The position numbers were made by a program, and so were the translations under genes. The notes under the pieces are model-generated. The model ran no database searches, was not told the origin of the DNA, and saw nothing but the letters and a program-made list of their open reading frames with translations. 40,954 bases of DNA. Source: Thermoplasmatales archaeon SW_10_69_26 (GTDB taxonomy: Archaea > Thermoplasmatota > SW-10-69-26). Positions 28,049 to 37,414 of the stretch are shown one piece after another; position 1 is the stretch's first letter; every line of letters starts with the position of its first letter. The DNA lies in NCBI GenBank assembly GCA_003009755.1, contig PXUB01000009.1:1-40954 (forward strand), given 5' to 3'.

Positions 28049-29785
28049 CTAGCCTTCGGGGACCGGTGAGGGGAGGGAACTGCCCATCGAGCGGACGCTG
28101 ATGCTCGCCTCTGGGGCACCCCCTTCCGTGAAACACCCGTCAACGAAGGCCGCATCGGACGTCCGCGAATGGAACGTCCACGTTCGCTCTTGGTCCTCGA
28201 CCTGCTCCGACCAAACAGGCACGGAGAATGTCTCGTTCGTTCCGGATCCCACCGCTGGAAGCCACACCGTCGAACCATCGACCGTATACCCGACCTCAAT
28301 CGGGGGATGGGGGGGACCGACAGCGACCTCGACCTCGAGGTAGTCGGTTCCCGGTCCGATGGTCCCCGTCCGTTCGAGTTCGCTCGGATTCATCGCCGGA
28401 CAGTCCGCTCCTGAGTCCTCGATCGGACTTCCCCCCACTGCTACCTCGGTGTCGCTGGCATTCGGTCCGACGATTTGGGTCAAGCTCGCCAGGATTCGGC
28501 CCTCTGAGGCCCAGGCGAAGATGCCGCGAGAAGGCCCAAACGCGATCCCGTACGCGTGGTTAAGGTTCGGATCGGGGTCGGCACTCGGCCCTGGCTCTCC
28601 CCTCGGTGTGGTCGACCCTTCGTCGACGAGATGCTGGTGGACAACGGTTTCCGATCCCGGATCGACGACCACGTGCGCGACGCGTTCGGCAAGGGGGGAG
28701 AATACATCGTCCCTGTCTCCGAGGTATAGACGTTCTTGGAGCAACAGATGGAGGTTCCCGGCGGGATCGGGCTCTGCCCAGAATACCTCTGTCGCCTCCC
28801 AATCCTCGTTGACGTGGAGATCATCGCTGAACGTTAGCCGGGTCCAACTTCGCCCGCCATCGTCACCGACGAACACGGAGACCTCGTTCCCGTCCTCAGG
28901 ACTCGTCGCGAAGAGCACGGAGGACCCTGACCCGGCGACGAGATGCCAGGGGTGAGACCCCTCCCTCGTGAAGTTGGAGACCTCCGACGTCGGCTCCGCC
29001 TGGCCAGCGACGCGATGGAATCGGAACCGATCTCCATCCCGGCATCCCAAAAGGACGCCCTCGTCGATGGAGACAGGTCGAGACGCGAGCTCGCAGCCCT
29101 CCACGCTGCCCGAAGACGCCACGGCACCATCGTCCCCCACGACGGTCCAGTTCACCGAGAAGTAGTCGGACCAGGCGATGATCGGCTGATCGTCAGGGGT
29201 GAACCCGAGCCAGGGCCGATCCGCTGTCTTGTTCGATGAAACGACGGTGCTGTGCACCCAATCCGCCCCAAGGTCGTCCGTTGCCGCATAGCCGACGTCG
29301 TATCCGGTCGAGGCGTCCGTTGGGAGCATCCCCGCGATGTGAAGACGCCCGTCCCTGTCGAACGCGATCGAAGGGTCACCGAGGAACTGCCGGCCGTCGA
29401 GCTGCGGCATCGGAACTTCCGTCCAGTCGCCCCCGCCGTCCTCCGAGACGAACATGCTGAGACTAGCGCCCTCGTAGTCTCCAGGCGGTGCGGGTTCCTC
29501 CCGGCTGTTGGCGAGGAGAACGGTGATTCGGGGATCGGCTGGATGGATAGCAACGTTCGGTTCGTACAAGGAGCGTTCGCTCTGCTCGATCACGGAGGCG
29601 CAGACCGAATCCTCGCTCTCCGTGTCTCCCTGAGGGCACTCCGAAACGTAGGTTTCCGCAAGGTAGCTGTTAGCGAGGTCCTGGGAGTCTCGATCCATCC
29701 CGGCGGGACTCCCGACGTTCCCGACGCATCCGACGGCGAGGGATGCGGTGAGCAGAACGACGACCAAGACGAGGGCCTCATCCAC
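28049..29785 (-). CDS. BNR/Asp-box (sialidase-like) beta-propeller lipoprotein with extra C-terminal domain
   Basis: Lipobox AVGC; Asp-boxes SEDGGGDW, TDDLGADW, GDDGGRSW; start uncertain. Confidence 0.8.
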   Translation of the reverse strand: MDEALVLVVVLLTASLAVGCVGNVGSPAGMDRDSQDLANSYLAETYVSECPQGDTESEDSVCASVIEQSERSLYEPNVAIHPADPRITVLLANSREEPAPPGDYEGASLSMFVSEDGGGDWTEVPMPQLDGRQFLGDPSIAFDRDGRLHIAGMLPTDASTGYDVGYAATDDLGADWVHSTVVSSNKTADRPWLGFTPDDQPIIAWSDYFSVNWTVVGDDGAVASSGSVEGCELASRPVSIDEGVLLGCRDGDRFRFHRVAGQAEPTSEVSNFTREGSHPWHLVAGSGSSVLFATSPEDGNEVSVFVGDDGGRSWTRLTFSDDLHVNEDWEATEVFWAEPDPAGNLHLLLQERLYLGDRDDVFSPLAERVAHVVVDPGSETVVHQHLVDEGSTTPRGEPGPSADPDPNLNHAYGIAFGPSRGIFAWASEGRILASLTQIVGPNASDTEVAVGGSPIEDSGADCPAMNPSELERTGTIGPGTDYLEVEVAVGPPHPPIEVGYTVDGSTVWLPAVGSGTNETFSVPVWSEQVEDQERTWTFHSRTSDAAFVDGCFTEGGAPEASISVRSMGSSLPSPVPEG

Positions 29786-30290
29786 TGATCGTTGAACGTT
29801 ATGGCCGCACATATCACCTGGGGGAAGACAGAGAAGACGGAGAGGCCCTGTCAAGTACGGGGCTAGGGCCGTGGACCATCTTTAGGTGGTCCATGGTGCA
29901 CTCCGTACACTCGCCGTCACAGACGGGAAGGGAACCGCCCGCTTCCCATCACCATTCCTGCTTAATCGGGCTGGACGTTCTCGGGTGTCTCCACAGCGCC
30001 GAGACCCACCGCAGGGACCGGATCGGACAGCTGCGTTTGGATGTTTACATGGCTGAGGACGATGTTTCAGTAATCGGCCCAGTCGGCTCACTTGTCCCCC
30101 GGTTCCGGCGGACGGGGCGTCGAGGGCGAGGAGGACCCTAACGACCGAATATCCTGAGGAAAGCCAATTTACTCGCCTTTACAGGCGAGGCCATGCTCGG
30201 ACCGGATGGGCTCGCTGAGGCACCGTCTTCAACCATCGGAATATTCCTTCATCAGCCGAAAATTTTTGTTTTCCGATCGCGTTTCACCGA

Positions 30291-31154
30291 GTGATGACCA
30301 GCCTTCGCGCGTGGGGGCTAATCCTCCTTTCGGTGGCAGCAGGAGTGCTTGCTACCGGATGTGTTGGGGAACAGAATTCGGACGCGAGCCGTGAAGGCCC
30401 ACCCGACCTGGACCAAACAGGCGCGAACCAATCCACGGTAACGAACCGATCCTTCACCCCTTGGCCTCCGGTTGAGAACGCAGAACTTCGCCCCGGAGGG
30501 CAGATGGATCCGTGTACAGTGGGTTTCCTATTCACTGACCAGTCGAACACGACCGCTTTCGTGAGCACTGCAGCCCATTGTGGTTCGGGAGACCACCTTC
30601 GAACCGGCGATGAGGTCGGCTTTCCCGAGGCGGAAATCACAGGACGAGTCGCTTACAGTAGTATAGAAACGATGGAAGCGGTGGACGAATCGTCGGAGGA
30701 TGCGCGATATTTCAATGACTTCGCCCTTGTTCGTATCCCTTATACGGCGTCGAACGAGGTACACCCCTCCGTCTATGAGTGGGGTGGCCCAGAGAACGTT
30801 TCAACCTCGGCCGACCGCGGAGAGCAGGTCTATACGTATGGCCAGAGCTCAACCCGGCAAGGAGCCCTGGATGCACGGCGAGGTGCAATCGTGGAACGAG
30901 AAGAGTGGCATTGGACGGTATACTTTGGCCCACCTTCCTATCCAGGCGACTCAGGGAGCCCCGTCCTGACGGAGAACGGGAAAGCCCTCGGCATCGTCAC
31001 CCACCTCGAGACATTCCCTCGCCCGGAGGCGAACACCGTTCTGAATCTGAGTCGCGCCTTAGATTACATGGAAAGCAAGACGGATGTGGACGCTGAGATC
31101 GCGACATCCTCCTTCGCTGATCCGTCACCGATCGAGGGTCCCGCAGCTCCCTGA
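30291..31154 (+). CDS. Trypsin-like (S1) serine protease lipoprotein
   Basis: Lipobox LATGC; catalytic triad TAAHC, NDFAL, GDSGS. Confidence 0.9.
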   Translation: MMTSLRAWGLILLSVAAGVLATGCVGEQNSDASREGPPDLDQTGANQSTVTNRSFTPWPPVENAELRPGGQMDPCTVGFLFTDQSNTTAFVSTAAHCGSGDHLRTGDEVGFPEAEITGRVAYSSIETMEAVDESSEDARYFNDFALVRIPYTASNEVHPSVYEWGGPENVSTSADRGEQVYTYGQSSTRQGALDARRGAIVEREEWHWTVYFGPPSYPGDSGSPVLTENGKALGIVTHLETFPRPEANTVLNLSRALDYMESKTDVDAEIATSSFADPSPIEGPAAP

Positions 31155-31173
31155 TGACATCCACAATTCCCTC

Positions 31174-31890
31174 TCAGATGAGCTTGCAGCCGCCTACGCG
31201 ACCAGTCGACCTCTGAGGCACCTCCAGAGCCCCGTCCGGTAGAGAAGAGACCGGGAAACGTAGTGACACCCACAAGGCCAGCCACGACGCGAACGTGACG
31301 GTGCCGACGATGTAGCCCGACCCTCGAAGACGAGGGACCACTCGCCGGCGGGGACCCGCATACCGGGAGTTTGCATCTGGACCTGCTGGCTCCCGCTGGT
31401 GCTGCCCCCAGTTCGGGCTACCGAGAAGGCGATGCTCCCGGTCCTCCCTCCGAAGGAGACCTCCTCGAAGACGTCGCCGTCGGGGTCGACGATCGCCATG
31501 CGGACCTCGCTGTTCGTCGAGCATAGGCCCACCTGGCCTTGGTCGATCGGCGTCCAGTGCTGGAAGCCCATCCGCTCCTCGCTGACGCGCGTGTTCTCGG
31601 GCACGGTGAACCCGATCTCGTCGCCTCCGTTCGCTGTAGTCGTGGGTTTCCTCCACGTTCACGGTGCCGCGATCGTTGGCGGGCTCGGACTGCTCGACCC
31701 CGACGGTCTCCACGTCTGTCCCGGTCCCGTCGCTGTCGGTTCCGATGCAGCCGGTCGCCGCGAGGCCGAGACAGACCACGGCCAGCACAATCGCAACGAA
31801 CCCCCAGCCATCGATCGAGGATCCTTTGGAGCGTCCGCGAACGTTTCCCCGACACGGGCGAGCGGGGATGGGCCTGAGTGGTTGCCCCAT
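31174..31890 (-). pseudogene. Lipoprotein gene with two opposing frameshifts
   Basis: Lipobox AATGC. The plausible product switches frame near 31634 (DYS to NGGDEIGFTVP) and back near 31320 (WSLVFEG to SGYIVGTVTF). Confidence 0.6.
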
Positions 31891-31922
31891 CCTTCAAGAC
31901 GACCCCTCGTCTACAACGGGTC

Positions 31923-32699
31923 GTGAGCACCCGGCTGGTCCCCCTGTTCGACGAGCGCGCCATGCTGGTGGAGACCAGCCCCGATCGCGTGCTGGTCGCC
32001 GGTGACCTGCACCTGGGCATGGAGCGCGAGCTTCGCAAGGACGGGGTGCACGGGATCGAGGAGACCGAGGGCCTGATCGCCCACCTGGGTGAGCTGGCCG
32101 CCGAGGAGCGCGTCGACCGCGTCCTGTTGCTCGGCGACGTCAAGCACACGCTGGGCGCCTGGGAGCCGGAGAAACGCGCCCTGAGCGGGCTGGCCGAGCT
32201 GCCGGTGCCCGTCGAGGTCGTGCCCGGCAACCACGACGGCGAGATCGACGAGATCGCTCCGTTCCTGAAGATCCACGACGCGCGCGGGTTGACGATCGGT
32301 GAGGTCGGGTTCCTGCACGGGCACACCTGGCCCAACGAGGAGATCACCGACGGCGGCCGCCTGGTGCTGTCCCACAACCACCCCCACGTGGCGTTGCGCG
32401 ACGGGCTGGGCCAGGTCTCCACCGAACCCTGCTGGGTGCGAGCCCCGATCCCCGACAGCGAGGCGAACCGCGAGCGCTACCCGGACGCTGACCTGCCCGG
32501 CGAGGCCGTGCTCGTCCCGGCGTTCAACCCGCTGTTGGGCGGGGTGGCGTTGAACCGACCCGAGGACGAGGCCTTGGGCCCGTTGTTGACGAACGACGTG
32601 ATCGATCTCGGTGCCGGCCGCGTGTACACCTTGGACGGGGTCGAGCTGGGCACGATCGCCGACCTGGAGGAGCGTCTCGATGACGACGACGTTCGATGA
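31923..32699 (+). CDS. Calcineurin-like metallophosphoesterase (Lhr-associated MPE type)
   Basis: GDLHLG, LGDVKH, PGNHD, HGH, HNHP, PAFN; overlaps the lhr start. Confidence 0.92.
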   Translation: MSTRLVPLFDERAMLVETSPDRVLVAGDLHLGMERELRKDGVHGIEETEGLIAHLGELAAEERVDRVLLLGDVKHTLGAWEPEKRALSGLAELPVPVEVVPGNHDGEIDEIAPFLKIHDARGLTIGEVGFLHGHTWPNEEITDGGRLVLSHNHPHVALRDGLGQVSTEPCWVRAPIPDSEANRERYPDADLPGEAVLVPAFNPLLGGVALNRPEDEALGPLLTNDVIDLGAGRVYTLDGVELGTIADLEERLDDDDVR

Positions 32700-35397
32700 G
32701 CTGCATCCCCGCCTCCAGGACCTGCTGGAGCGCGAGGGCTTCGAGGATCCGACCGAGGCCCAGGCCAAGGCCTTCGGCCCGATCCTCGACGGCCGACACA
32801 CCCTGCTGTTGGCCCCGACCGGCATGGGCAAGACCGAGGCCGCCGTCCTGCCGATCCTCGACGAGCTCGTCGAGCTGCCCGACGAGGAGCGCGAGGGCTT
32901 CGTGGCGATCTACGTCACGCCCTTGCGCGCCCTCAACCGCGACATCCTGACCCGGCTCGAGGACTGGTGCGAGTTCCTCGACGTCACGATCGGCGTCCGC
33001 CACGGCGACACCACCCAAGCCGAGCGCCGCCGCCAGTCGAAGAACCCGCCCGAGTTCCTGATCACGACGCCGGAGACCCTGCAGGCGATCTTCACCGGCT
33101 CGCGGCTGCGCGAGCACCTCGACGGGACGAAGTTCGTCGTCGTGGACGAGATCCACGAACTCGTCGGCAACGAGCGCGGCGCCCAGCTGGCCTGCGCGAT
33201 GGAGCGCATCACCCGCTACAGCGACGGGTTCCAGCGCGTGGGCTTGTCGGCGACCGTCGGCAACCCGGAGGAGACCGGCGAGTTCCTCGCCGGGGGCAAC
33301 CGGGACGCCGAGATCGTGCACGTGCCGGTCGGCAAGGACCTCGAGGTCACCGTCGAGGTGCCCGAGGTGACCGAGGAGGACCAGGTGCTCTCGGACAAGC
33401 TGTACTGCGGGGTGCGTGAAGCCTCGCTGGTGCGGCGGATCGTGGAGCTCGTCGAGGAGAACACGAGCACGCTCGTGTTCGTCAACACGCGCCGCATGGC
33501 CGAGGTGCTGGCCGCTCGCTTGGGGTTCTGGGACGTCGACGACATCCGCGTCCACCACGGATCCCTGCACAAGGAGGAGCGCGTGACCGTCGAGGAGGCG
33601 TTCAAGGCCGGCGAGATCTCCGGCCTGATCTGCACCTCGTCGATGGAGCTGGGCATCGACATTGGCTCGGCCGACTTCGTCGAGGGTCTCGTCATCGCGG
33701 AGGGCGCCCTGGCCGAGGACGTCGAGACAGCGCCGATCCCCGAGAACCCGCTCGACGTGCTCGCCAACCAGCTGGAGGCGATGAGCCTGGAAGGCGACGT
33801 CCCCCTCGACGAGGCCATGGGCACCCTGCGGCGGGCTCGTCCGTTCTGGTCGTTGTCCGACGAGACCGCCGTGGCCGTCATCGAGCAGATGGAGTCCACG
33901 CGCCTCGTCGAGCGCGATCGAGGCAACCTCACCCGCTTGGGTCGGGCGCGGTTGCACTTCGTCGAGAACCTCTCGATGATCCCGGATCAGACGACGTTCC
34001 TCGTCCGGGACGTCTCCTCGCGGCGCCCGATCGGCACCCTCGACGAGGCGTTCGTGATGAACTACGTCGAGCCGGGCGCCCTCGTCGTGCTGAAGGGCGA
34101 ACCCTGGCGCGTCGTCGAGGTCGAGGAACCCGACGAGGACGACGACGAGGACGAGGAGCCCGACATCCTCGTCGCGCCCGTCAAGGACCCGACCGGCGCC
34201 GTGCCGAGCTGGGTCGGCCAGGAGATCCCGGTCCCGTACGAGATCGCCCAGGGCGTCGGGCGGTTGCGCGGGGAGATCCACGAGCGCCTGCAAGCCGGCG
34301 AGGCCGCCGAGGAGGTTGCACGCGACGTGGCCGAGGAGCACCACACCGACGCGCACACGGCCTCGTTCCTCGTCGAGGGGCTGGCCGAGCAGGAGGAAGC
34401 TCTCATGCCGACCGACGAGATCGCGGTCCTCGAGACCGGCGAGGACGGCGTCGTGCTCAACGCCTGCCTGGGCCACAAAGCCAACGAGGCGCTGGGCACC
34501 GTGCTCAGCGGCCTGATCGCGGCCCGCATCGGGGAAAGCGTCGGCGTGGACGTCGACCCCTACCGCGTCATGCTCGAGCTGCCCCGCGGCACGCGACCCG
34601 GCATCGTTCAGACCGTGCTCGACGAGATCACCGGCTCGCCGCTGGACGGGCTGGTCGAGACGCTGATCACGAACCAACCCTTGCTGCGGTTCAAGCTCGT
34701 GCACGTCGCCCGCAAGTTCGGCGTGCTCGACAAGACGGCCTCCTCGATGAACATGAACGTGAAGCGGTTGCTCGACCGCTTCGAGGACACGCCCCTGCAC
34801 GAGGAGGCGGTGCGCGAGATCCTGCACGAGCGCATCGACGTGCCCCGCGCCGAAGCGTTCCTCCAGCAGCTCGAGGAGGGCACGGTCGCGCTCGAGAAAC
34901 AGCGGATGTCCCCGGTCGGCCAGCTCGGGTTCGAGGAGGCGGTGGACCTGGTGTCGCCCGGCCGCGCCACGGCCGCGATCCTGGAGGCCATGAGCGACCG
35001 CCTGGCGGACGAACCGGTCGTGCTGCACTGCATGCACTGCGGGGACTGGACCCGGCAGACGCGCGTCAAGCGCGTCCGCGAGCCGATCGATTGCCCCAAG
35101 TGTGGAGCCCAGGTCGTCACGATGGTGCGCCCGTGGATGGAGGAGCAGCTCAACGTTCTCTCCAAGGATGGCGAGCTGTCCCCCGACGAGCGGAAGACGC
35201 GCGAGAAGCTGGAGACGAAAGCCAGCCTGCTGTCCGCCCACGGCAAGGACGCGCTCGTCGCCCTCGTCTCGCGCGGCGTGGGCCCGACCACGGCCGGCCG
35301 CATCCTCGCCAAGCAGGTCGGCGACCGCGAGGGCCTGCTGCGGGAGCTGATGCAGGCCGAGATCGACTACGCCAGGACGCGGGAGTTCTGGGACTGA
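32680..35397 (+). CDS. lhr: Lhr-family SF2 helicase with C-terminal Cys4 zinc motif; motif VI region absent
   Basis: APTGMGKT, TPLRALNRD, TTPETL, DEIH, LSAT, FVNTR, HHGSL, TSSMELGIDIG; NPLDVLANQ, SMIPD, PSWVG; CMHC..CPKC. Confidence 0.93.
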   Translation: MTTTFDELHPRLQDLLEREGFEDPTEAQAKAFGPILDGRHTLLLAPTGMGKTEAAVLPILDELVELPDEEREGFVAIYVTPLRALNRDILTRLEDWCEFLDVTIGVRHGDTTQAERRRQSKNPPEFLITTPETLQAIFTGSRLREHLDGTKFVVVDEIHELVGNERGAQLACAMERITRYSDGFQRVGLSATVGNPEETGEFLAGGNRDAEIVHVPVGKDLEVTVEVPEVTEEDQVLSDKLYCGVREASLVRRIVELVEENTSTLVFVNTRRMAEVLAARLGFWDVDDIRVHHGSLHKEERVTVEEAFKAGEISGLICTSSMELGIDIGSADFVEGLVIAEGALAEDVETAPIPENPLDVLANQLEAMSLEGDVPLDEAMGTLRRARPFWSLSDETAVAVIEQMESTRLVERDRGNLTRLGRARLHFVENLSMIPDQTTFLVRDVSSRRPIGTLDEAFVMNYVEPGALVVLKGEPWRVVEVEEPDEDDDEDEEPDILVAPVKDPTGAVPSWVGQEIPVPYEIAQGVGRLRGEIHERLQAGEAAEEVARDVAEEHHTDAHTASFLVEGLAEQEEALMPTDEIAVLETGEDGVVLNACLGHKANEALGTVLSGLIAARIGESVGVDVDPYRVMLELPRGTRPGIVQTVLDEITGSPLDGLVETLITNQPLLRFKLVHVARKFGVLDKTASSMNMNVKRLLDRFEDTPLHEEAVREILHERIDVPRAEAFLQQLEEGTVALEKQRMSPVGQLGFEEAVDLVSPGRATAAILEAMSDRLADEPVVLHCMHCGDWTRQTRVKRVREPIDCPKCGAQVVTMVRPWMEEQLNVLSKDGELSPDERKTREKLETKASLLSAHGKDALVALVSRGVGPTTAGRILAKQVGDREGLLRELMQAEIDYARTREFWD

Positions 35398-35661
35398 ACA
35401 TTTCCTTTTTCAACGGAACCCCGGTGCCTGGCGACCCCCGGGAAACGAAGATCTTCGGAAAGGATGCGAGGGTTCGCCTGGCCCCAGGTACCCTCGCAAT
35501 CCGGCCGAAGCGGAGCTTCGGCCTCTCCGGAGACCGAACGGTGTCGCCGGTCTCCGGATGAAAACGGGGGCCGCCAGCGTTCCCAGACGCCGACGGAGGC
35601 GGCCCGGCGTCTCCGGAGAGGACGGATCTCCGATCCGTCCGCAACGCAGGCCCCATCGACG
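35381..35661 (+). repeat. 281-bp direct repeat copy A (last 17 bp of lhr plus structured trailer)
   Basis: Aligns without gaps to 39154-39434; 10 mismatches by hand count. Confidence 0.95.
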
Positions 35662-35859
35662 CTGGTCTGTGAGGCTGCTGTATCTTTGCGCAGGGCTATC
35701 GACGCCGGACCTGTTCCGACGCTGTCGCGGTGGGCCCGGAACGCAGCCCCGGATGGTCCCGAGCTGTCACCTCGCTGGATCTTCGCGCAAGGCTATCGCC
35801 GACGGCCCTGCTTCGACGTGGTTGCGACCGGCCCGCGGTCGATCGGAGGAGAAGAGACC

Positions 35860-35881
35860 CGGACGGGCTCTCGCCCGTCCG
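35860..35881 (-). terminator. Hairpin just downstream of the 35894-36364 gene
   Basis: GGACGGGC-TCTC-GCCCGTCC perfect stem followed on the minus strand by a pyrimidine run. Confidence 0.45.
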
Positions 35882-35893
35882 TTGGTGACCGGA

Positions 35894-36364
35894 TCACAGC
35901 GGGCCGTCGACGACCTCGATCGTGTCGTAGCCGAGGAAGATCGCGACCCGATCGGGGTTGTCGTCCTCGACCCGGGCGTCCTCGTTGCAAGGGTTGTGAT
36001 CGTACCCGACCGGGCCCGCCTGGGCGCCGATGCTGATGCAGTGCTCGAGCGGGATCTCCTCCTTGGGGGTCCAGTCCTCGTCGATGCTGATCTGCGGGTC
36101 GCACTGCCAGACAGCGACGGAGGCCGGGCCGACCTGTTGCTCGGGCACGATCACGTACCAGCAGTGGTGTTGGGTGGTGGCCAGGCCCTCGTCGGGGTTG
36201 GCCTCGACGACGACGCCCTGGCAGTTGTCGTACTTGGCCGTGGCCTCGTCCTCCTCGACGCCGACCTCCCAGCAGTGCTCGGCCGAGGACGTGGGCGCCA
36301 GTGCGATCATGGTCACGAGCGCGACGCAGAACGCGATGCCGTAGGTTGCAAGCTTGCGGTTCAT
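35894..36364 (-). CDS. Small secreted Cys-containing acidic protein
   Basis: Signal peptide ending SSA; six Cys in the mature part, HCW/HC repeats. Confidence 0.75.
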   Translation of the reverse strand: MNRKLATYGIAFCVALVTMIALAPTSSAEHCWEVGVEEDEATAKYDNCQGVVVEANPDEGLATTQHHCWYVIVPEQQVGPASVAVWQCDPQISIDEDWTPKEEIPLEHCISIGAQAGPVGYDHNPCNEDARVEDDNPDRVAIFLGYDTIEVVDGPL

Positions 36365-36464
36365 GGACTCTCCCTTCGAACGGGTGGAGCCGCTGACGCT
36401 GGCCGGTGGGGAAAAGGCTTGCTGGTCCGCAACGCGCGTGTTCGGGCCTGGGAGGGCCCTTCCT

Positions 36465-37176
36465 TCACGGTCGCCGGCTGACGGCTTGCCAGCTCGCGAT
36501 CGCTCCCGCTACCGCGAGGGCGCCGAGCGGGCTCGGGGCAGGCGCGGTTCGTTGTTCGTCGCCGCCGTCCGTCGATCCGTTCGGGTCTCCACTGGCTCGG
36601 GAGGGCTCGGCCTGCGTCGAAGGTTCGGTCTCCGCCGAGGGCTCGTCCTCCTCGCCGGGGTTGGGGGTCGCCTTCACGGGTTCGAGGCTGACCTGGGCCT
36701 GGGAGCCTTGCAGCGTGAAGGCGCCCGTCGTGTTCGCGAGCACGGTGACCTCGGCCCCGCCGGCAACCGCCCCCGCGGGTGATGGCCAGCTCGATCGTGG
36801 CCTCGTCGCGCTGGCTCGGCTCGGCCGGGTCGCGTCGGTGGGGGTGGTTGGTCGACGGGTGCTCGACCTCCGAGGGCGTCACGTTGGTCCTCGTCCCGTC
36901 GGGAGCCCCGACCGCCAACCGGGTCTCTGTGGTCTGCAGGGTGACGACGTAGCTCGGGTAGGTGTAGACGAGCTCGAGGTCGAGCTCGATCGGGGATCCG
37001 TTGGCCACCGTCAGGGATCCCTCTGGGGCCTCCAGAGAGGTCTCCGATCCCGGGAGGTGGAAGGCTTGCCCGCCGAGGCCGAGGCCGACCAAGCTCGCGA
37101 CGACCGCGAGCGCCATCCATCGCCCGACCGGCCGCGGGCTCGACCGCTCGGTCTGCGTCGATCTCCGTCGAGCCAT
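36465..37176 (-). pseudogene. Frameshifted surface protein with C-terminal sorting-signal-like tail
   Basis: Signal helix, frame change near 36778 (ELAI to PAGAVAGGAEV), acidic P/T/S linker, then PAPSPLGALAVAGAIA..RRP, resembling an archaeosortase-type tail. Confidence 0.65.
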
Positions 37177-37255
37177 CGATCCGCGAGGGGGCCTAGGACG
37201 GCAAGAAGACAGCGGCCACGGCGTTAACCTTCACTGGGCGCGGGTGTGGCGGGCG

Positions 37256-37372
37256 GGCCCGACGAGGAGCAGCCGCATCCTCGCCAAGAGCCACGGCCAC
37301 GAGGACGAGCTGTTGCGCGAGCTCTGCAGGTCCGAGATCGATTACGCCCGAACGCGCGATTTTTGGGATCGA
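37256..37372 (+). pseudogene. Diverged relic of the lhr 3' end
   Basis: GPTRSSRILAKSHGHEDELLRELCRSEIDYARTRDFWD versus native GPTTAGRILAKQVGDREGLLRELMQAEIDYARTREFWD (25/38 identical, no gaps); TGA replaced by CGA. Confidence 0.9.
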
Positions 37373-37414
37373 GCGCAGGGGTTGACGGCAACTCAGGATG
37401 AGGAGCCCGCTGAC

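Noticed and set aside
29860-30290. Short ORFs, including a VCDGECTEC peptide, in the spacer between divergent lipoprotein genes
   Set aside because: Interrupted by stops, no clear start or family motif; cannot be supported as a gene.
31923-35397. MPE-Lhr pair as a novel defence system
   Set aside because: Metallophosphoesterase-Lhr linkage is a known conserved arrangement attributed to nucleic-acid repair or processing.
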